From Schmidtea nova (taxonomy: Eukaryota), in contig CM097882.1 in the NCBI GenBank assembly GCA_044892505.1, positions 255,316,001 through 255,372,570 of the forward strand: a DNA stretch of 56,570 nt, given 5' to 3'. Of the stretch, positions 52,395 to 56,570 are shown in pieces (within the stretch, counting starts at the first letter, position 1; each line of letters opens with the position of its first letter). The notes beneath the pieces were generated by a model. That model searched no databases, was not told where the DNA came from, and was given only the letters and a program-made list of their open reading frames with translations. Position numbers and translations under genes: made by a program.

Positions 52395-52559
52395 TTAACC
52401 TTGTTTAAATATTATCAAGTTGGCACTGTTTTAAAAATATATATTTAATTTGTTAAATTATTATTAATTATGAAGAGATTGTAACTAAAACAAAATATTA
52501 AAACGATGATTAACACGATTATTGTTAATCATCATTGACAATATTATGATATCCTTTCA

Positions 52560-55500
52560 TCAGCAGCACCCACATCTATGTTTCGATCGATGTCTCCCAC
52601 TGCGTTTAATATCGGATTCGGCTGGTATTTTCTCTTGCGTAAGTTGTGCGTCTTTGATTTCCTGGATCTGCCGGCGGTCTGAGATTTGGTTATTGCTAAC
52701 CAACGTCACATTGTCGTTCTGACTCTCGATGGTGATATATGAAGTGTTGTTGCCCTTAGTCATGATAAATTCGCCCTCTTTTGGTTCCACGTCCTCACTG
52801 GCTTTGTACCAGATGTCCTGGCCTTGTTGAAATTTAGACATTATCGGAGCTCTAGGCTGTCCCCCGAAAATAATCTCTGCGGGTGATTTGCCCCTCGATG
52901 TCGATGAAATTCTGTGGTGGAATAAGATTTTCTGTAGGAAGGTATTGAAATCACAATGTGTCCGAAGCTCGTTCCATCCTTTGAGAGCTTTCTTGACAGT
53001 TTGTACAGTCCTTTCTGCTGATCCGTTTGATCTAGGGAAGTATGCCGGCGATTCTAGTTTCATTGCTCCTTGGCTGTTGATCCACGCGTTTAGCTCATGC
53101 GAAGTGAATTCCTGGGCATTATCCGAGACGAGGCATTCCGGGACTCCAAACCTGGTGAAAACAGTTCGTAAGCACGTGATCACTGACTTACTCGTTTTAT
53201 CGGATGTCTTGAAGGCTTCAATCCATCCCGAGCCAGCGTCTACAATAATGAGCACGTCGCCCACCTCTTTGATGTGGGCCCAATCCATATGTACTCTTTG
53301 GAATGGTTTCGCTTCTGGCCATTTGTGAATGCTCTTCTCTGGGCGAGGATGTAGTTTCTTGCAAATTGCGCATGACCTAATGAAGTTGTCAATGTCTCCG
53401 TGGATTCCAGGCCACCAAGATGATGCCTTTAGCCGGTAAAATGTTGATTGTAGACCAGAATGTGTCTCATTGTGTGCTATGTCAATGCATTTCTTCCTTA
53501 GTTTTGGTGGAATGAATAGACGTGACCCGTGGTAAAGCAGTCCATCTTCAATTGTTAATCGGTCTGATATTTTCTTGAATGGCATTTCTGATTGTGAGCA
53601 CTTCGACCAATTGCCTTTCTTGATGCGACGCATGATATCTTTGGCCAACTCGTTTAGCGATGTTTCCAATCTGACCTCTGAGGCATTTAATAAGCCCTCG
53701 CTAAACTGGACCGTGAAAACACTCAATGTGTTCTTGGTTTTGATTTCCTCGTTTGCTTCCTTTTCATCGATGAATTTTAGTTTTGATAGTGCATCTGCAT
53801 GCGGGATCTGCTTTCCCATAACATAGTATATTTCATAATCGTACTGCATCAACAGCATGGCCCACCTTGAGATTCGATTGGATGTTCGCCTTGGAATCGA
53901 TGATTCACTACCGAATAGGGATTGGAGTGGTTGGTGGTCTGTATTCACCTTGAATTTCCTCCCTAATAAGAAGTGTTGTAGTCTAGATATAGACCATACT
54001 ATGGCTAAAGCCTCTCTCTCTATGTTAGAGTAATTTTTTTCGGCAGCCGAAAGTGTTCTGGAAATGTAGATCACAGGATGGCCATCTTGGGTTAGGACAG
54101 CTGCTACGGCGTGTTTAGATGCATTAGTCGTCAATGTGGCTTCCTTTTCGAGGCTGTAAGGTTGCATAACTGGATACGTTGAAATTTCTTGTTTTAGTGC
54201 TTTTAACTGGTTCGAGCATTCCTTGTTCCAATCGAACTTTACACCTTTTTTTCTCAATTCGTTGATTACTCTTGTTTTGTCTGAAAAATTTGGAATTAAC
54301 CTTCCAAAGTAATTAATTAACCCGATGAAAGATTCTACTTCCTCCTTGCATGTTGGTTCTTTTATATTGTTTATTTTGCTGACGAGACTTTTATCAGGTG
54401 TGATACCCTTTGACGATATTTCGAAACCCAAGAAGGAAACACTATCGGTAAGTTCAATAGTCTTTGCTTGGTTAATTGTAACTTTTTTCTCTTTAAGGCG
54501 CGATTTTATCGTTTGCAGTCTATTCCTTAGTGATTCTTCATTCTCGGCATATATCAGTACGTCGTCTTGGTAGATTAGTATTCCTTTGATATCTTTAAGT
54601 ATTTGCTCCATTGTCCTGTTGAAAGATTGCAGAGGCGTTCTTCATACCCATCTGTAATCTATTTACAATAAACATACCTTTTGTCGTATTTATGCACGAA
54701 ATCTCTTTTGCTTTATCGTCTAATTCTATCTGCCAATATGCCGATGTGAGATCGAGCTTTGCGAATTTGTTGGCATTCTTTAGTTTTGAGAAAATTGTTT
54801 CGACGTTCGGAATGGGGTATGCATCGGTCTTTATCTTTTTTATTGATATGCACTTTGAAGTCAACGCATAATCTGAGGTCGCAATTGCTCTTTTTTACCC
54901 AAACCACGGGCGAAGAATTCAGTACGAGTTTGGTGCACGGAGAGATTACTCCTAATCGCTGTAACCTTATTAGTTCATCGTTGACCTTGTTTTCTAAAGC
55001 TAATGGTATTGGCCTAGCCTTACAGAACATGGGCTTCGCATTGTCGATTAAATCCATAGAAGCTTTTATACCTTTGATTGCTGGTAACACTTGAGATTCT
55101 GTTGTCTTCGTGATTTGACACTGTAAGATTCCGTGTCGTGTCTGCTGCAGTATATCCATTCCTATTAGTCCGAAGTCCTTCATAGATTGAATGACTGTGA
55201 TTGTTACCGGAAGCACTTGCTTTTCCCATTCCACAGTTGTCAGAAACGAGCCGTGGCATTGCATGATATGCCCATCGTAGGCTTCAAGCTTTTTTCTTGT
55301 CTTGTCAAGCTTCGGTCTTCCCATGTCTTCCCACATCTTGGATGATATGATTGATACAGATGCGCCGGTATCTTTTTGCATTTTCACTATCGATGTACCT
55401 AGGAGGACAGGGTTAATATCACTTGTAATATTATTTGAAGTGAACTGGTTGATGTATTGCGTGTCACTTTCATCGGCTGACGATGTCTGATCTGCGAATG

Positions 55501-56293
55501 TTCCGTGTATCGACTTTGTCAAAGATCTGCAGGCTTTCGCAAAATGATTCATTCTGTCGCAATTCGTACACTTCTTTCCATATGCCGGGCATTTCTTTGG
55601 CTCGTGTATTCGATCACAGTAATGACACCTTTGATTTCCTTTCTCTTCGAATTTCCTTGATGTTCCAAGGTTTGATCTCTTCTTTTTAGTGAAATTGATT
55701 TCATCGGTCGTAGAGGTAATTGCAGGTTTTGTTCCATGCTGGAGGGATATGAACGTCGATATCTCCTCATATGTTTGCATTTGTGCGAGGATCTCGTTGC
55801 ATGTTGGAATCCCAACACTCATTTGCATCAAAATCTTTTCCTTAGCATTGATGTCATATATTCCCGATATCAATGCCATGAGGAGCATATCCTCGTTGGG
55901 GTCAGTTGAGTCCTTCAATTTCTTGAAGTCACAATATATAGCAGCTTTCTTGAGTCTGATATAGAAATCTGCTAATTTCTCTTTCGGTTCCTGTCTTAGC
56001 TGATAAAATCTTGCTCTCTCAGCTATTACAACTTTGCTTTTCGGCTGTGTGTGGTTTAATAGCATGGCTTTGATCTCGCTGAACGTCATCTCCTCTAGCA
56101 ATTTGGGAGAAGCCATATGTTGGATTTTCGTGAGTGCCTTCAGTCCACATACAGATAGGAAGTTGTCCATGATTTGTCTTGATTTGTCACTGTCGACCCA
56201 CTTATTGGCTCGACTCATCGCACCAAAAGCGGTTAACCATATTTCGACATTGATGTTGTCATCTAGATTCAATTCTTCCAATCGTGACGCCAT
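52560..56293 (-). pseudogene. Gag-Pol of the outer element, two +1 frameshifts in RT (~54838, ~54615) and RNase H Asp to Asn
   Basis: MASRL start at 56293; CHYCDRIH..C and CTNCDRMNHFAKAC; DTGASVSI; KLDLTSAYWQI; YQDD; LTTNAS (expected TDAS); HMDW, VSDNA, SNGSAER. Confidence 0.93.
56282..56292 (-). promoter_or_regulatory. Primer-binding site TGGCGTCACGA (tRNA-Ser-like), overlapping the Gag start codon
   Basis: 1 nt after the LTR end CA; complementary to tRNA-Ser(CGA) types ending TCGTGACG-CCA (from memory). Confidence 0.75.
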
Positions 56294-56570
56294 TGTTATA
56301 ATGCACGCACAAGAATTTTTAATATTCAAATTATATTTATTATAAAATGATTAGTTATTTAAACAAAATATTAAAACAATGATTAACACGATTATTGTTA
56401 ATCATCATTGACAATATTATGATACAATGTATGACAATATGTTGACTTGGATGCGTAACCTCTTATGATTTATCGAGCAACTGTTTAACTAAATTGTATT
56501 ATTTCATTTCTCTTCACTAAATTAGATTTATTGTTCATTATAATACTATAAATATTATATATTATATACT

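Larger units (their letters stand above)
47968..52486 (+). mobile_element. Inner Ty3/gypsy LTR retrotransposon, 4.5 kb, 107-bp LTRs
   Basis: LTRs 47968-48074 and 52380-52486 (2 differences; AGT...ACT termini); 5-bp TSD AAAAC (47963-47967, 52487-52491); PBS at 48074; polypurine tract at 52368-52379. Confidence 0.96.
47897..56424 (-). mobile_element. Outer Ty3/gypsy LTR retrotransposon (Mag-like), about 4.0 kb without the nested insert
   Basis: 5' LTR 56424-56294; 3' LTR split into 52551-52492 and 47967-47897 by the inner element; PBS at 56292-56282; gag-pol between; flanks CTATG/CAATG (4/5). Confidence 0.92.

Overview
AT-rich animal genomic scaffold (standard code, short GT-AG introns, four N gaps), mostly transposon-derived. 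The species cannot be read from the sequence; a planarian-like flatworm is only a guess. (1) 1-9.1 kb: a tightly packed, intronless, all minus-strand cassette encoding an IAP (BIR-BIR-UBA, missed by the ORF track), a full TRAF (RING-ZnF-coiled coil-MATH), an orphan coiled-coil protein, a mosaic ubiquitin-like/retropepsin/ankyrin/FN3-like protein and a C-terminal RING protein. It looks like death-receptor/NF-kB/ubiquitin cargo of a giant retroelement or endogenous virus and is the most interesting object here. (2) About 9.7-28 kb: long non-coding repeat blocks arranged as collinear inverted arms (candidate multi-kb LTR/leaders), with two GC-richer, apparently structured islands, a Helitron-type insertion, a full-length frameshifted hAT and an orphan ORF. 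(3) 29-42.7 kb: two near-identical actin genes forming a 1.6-kb inverted duplication, plus solo LTRs, MITEs and decayed hAT/piggyBac pieces. (4) 43-47 kb: four 5' exons of an IQANK1-like gene with a 78-bp satellite in an intron, then a decayed CLPTM1 copy. (5) 47.9-56.4 kb: a compact Ty3/gypsy element, with a textbook -1 frameshift signal, inserted inside the 3' LTR of a second, oppositely oriented Ty3/gypsy element. All alignments, translations and structures were done by eye.
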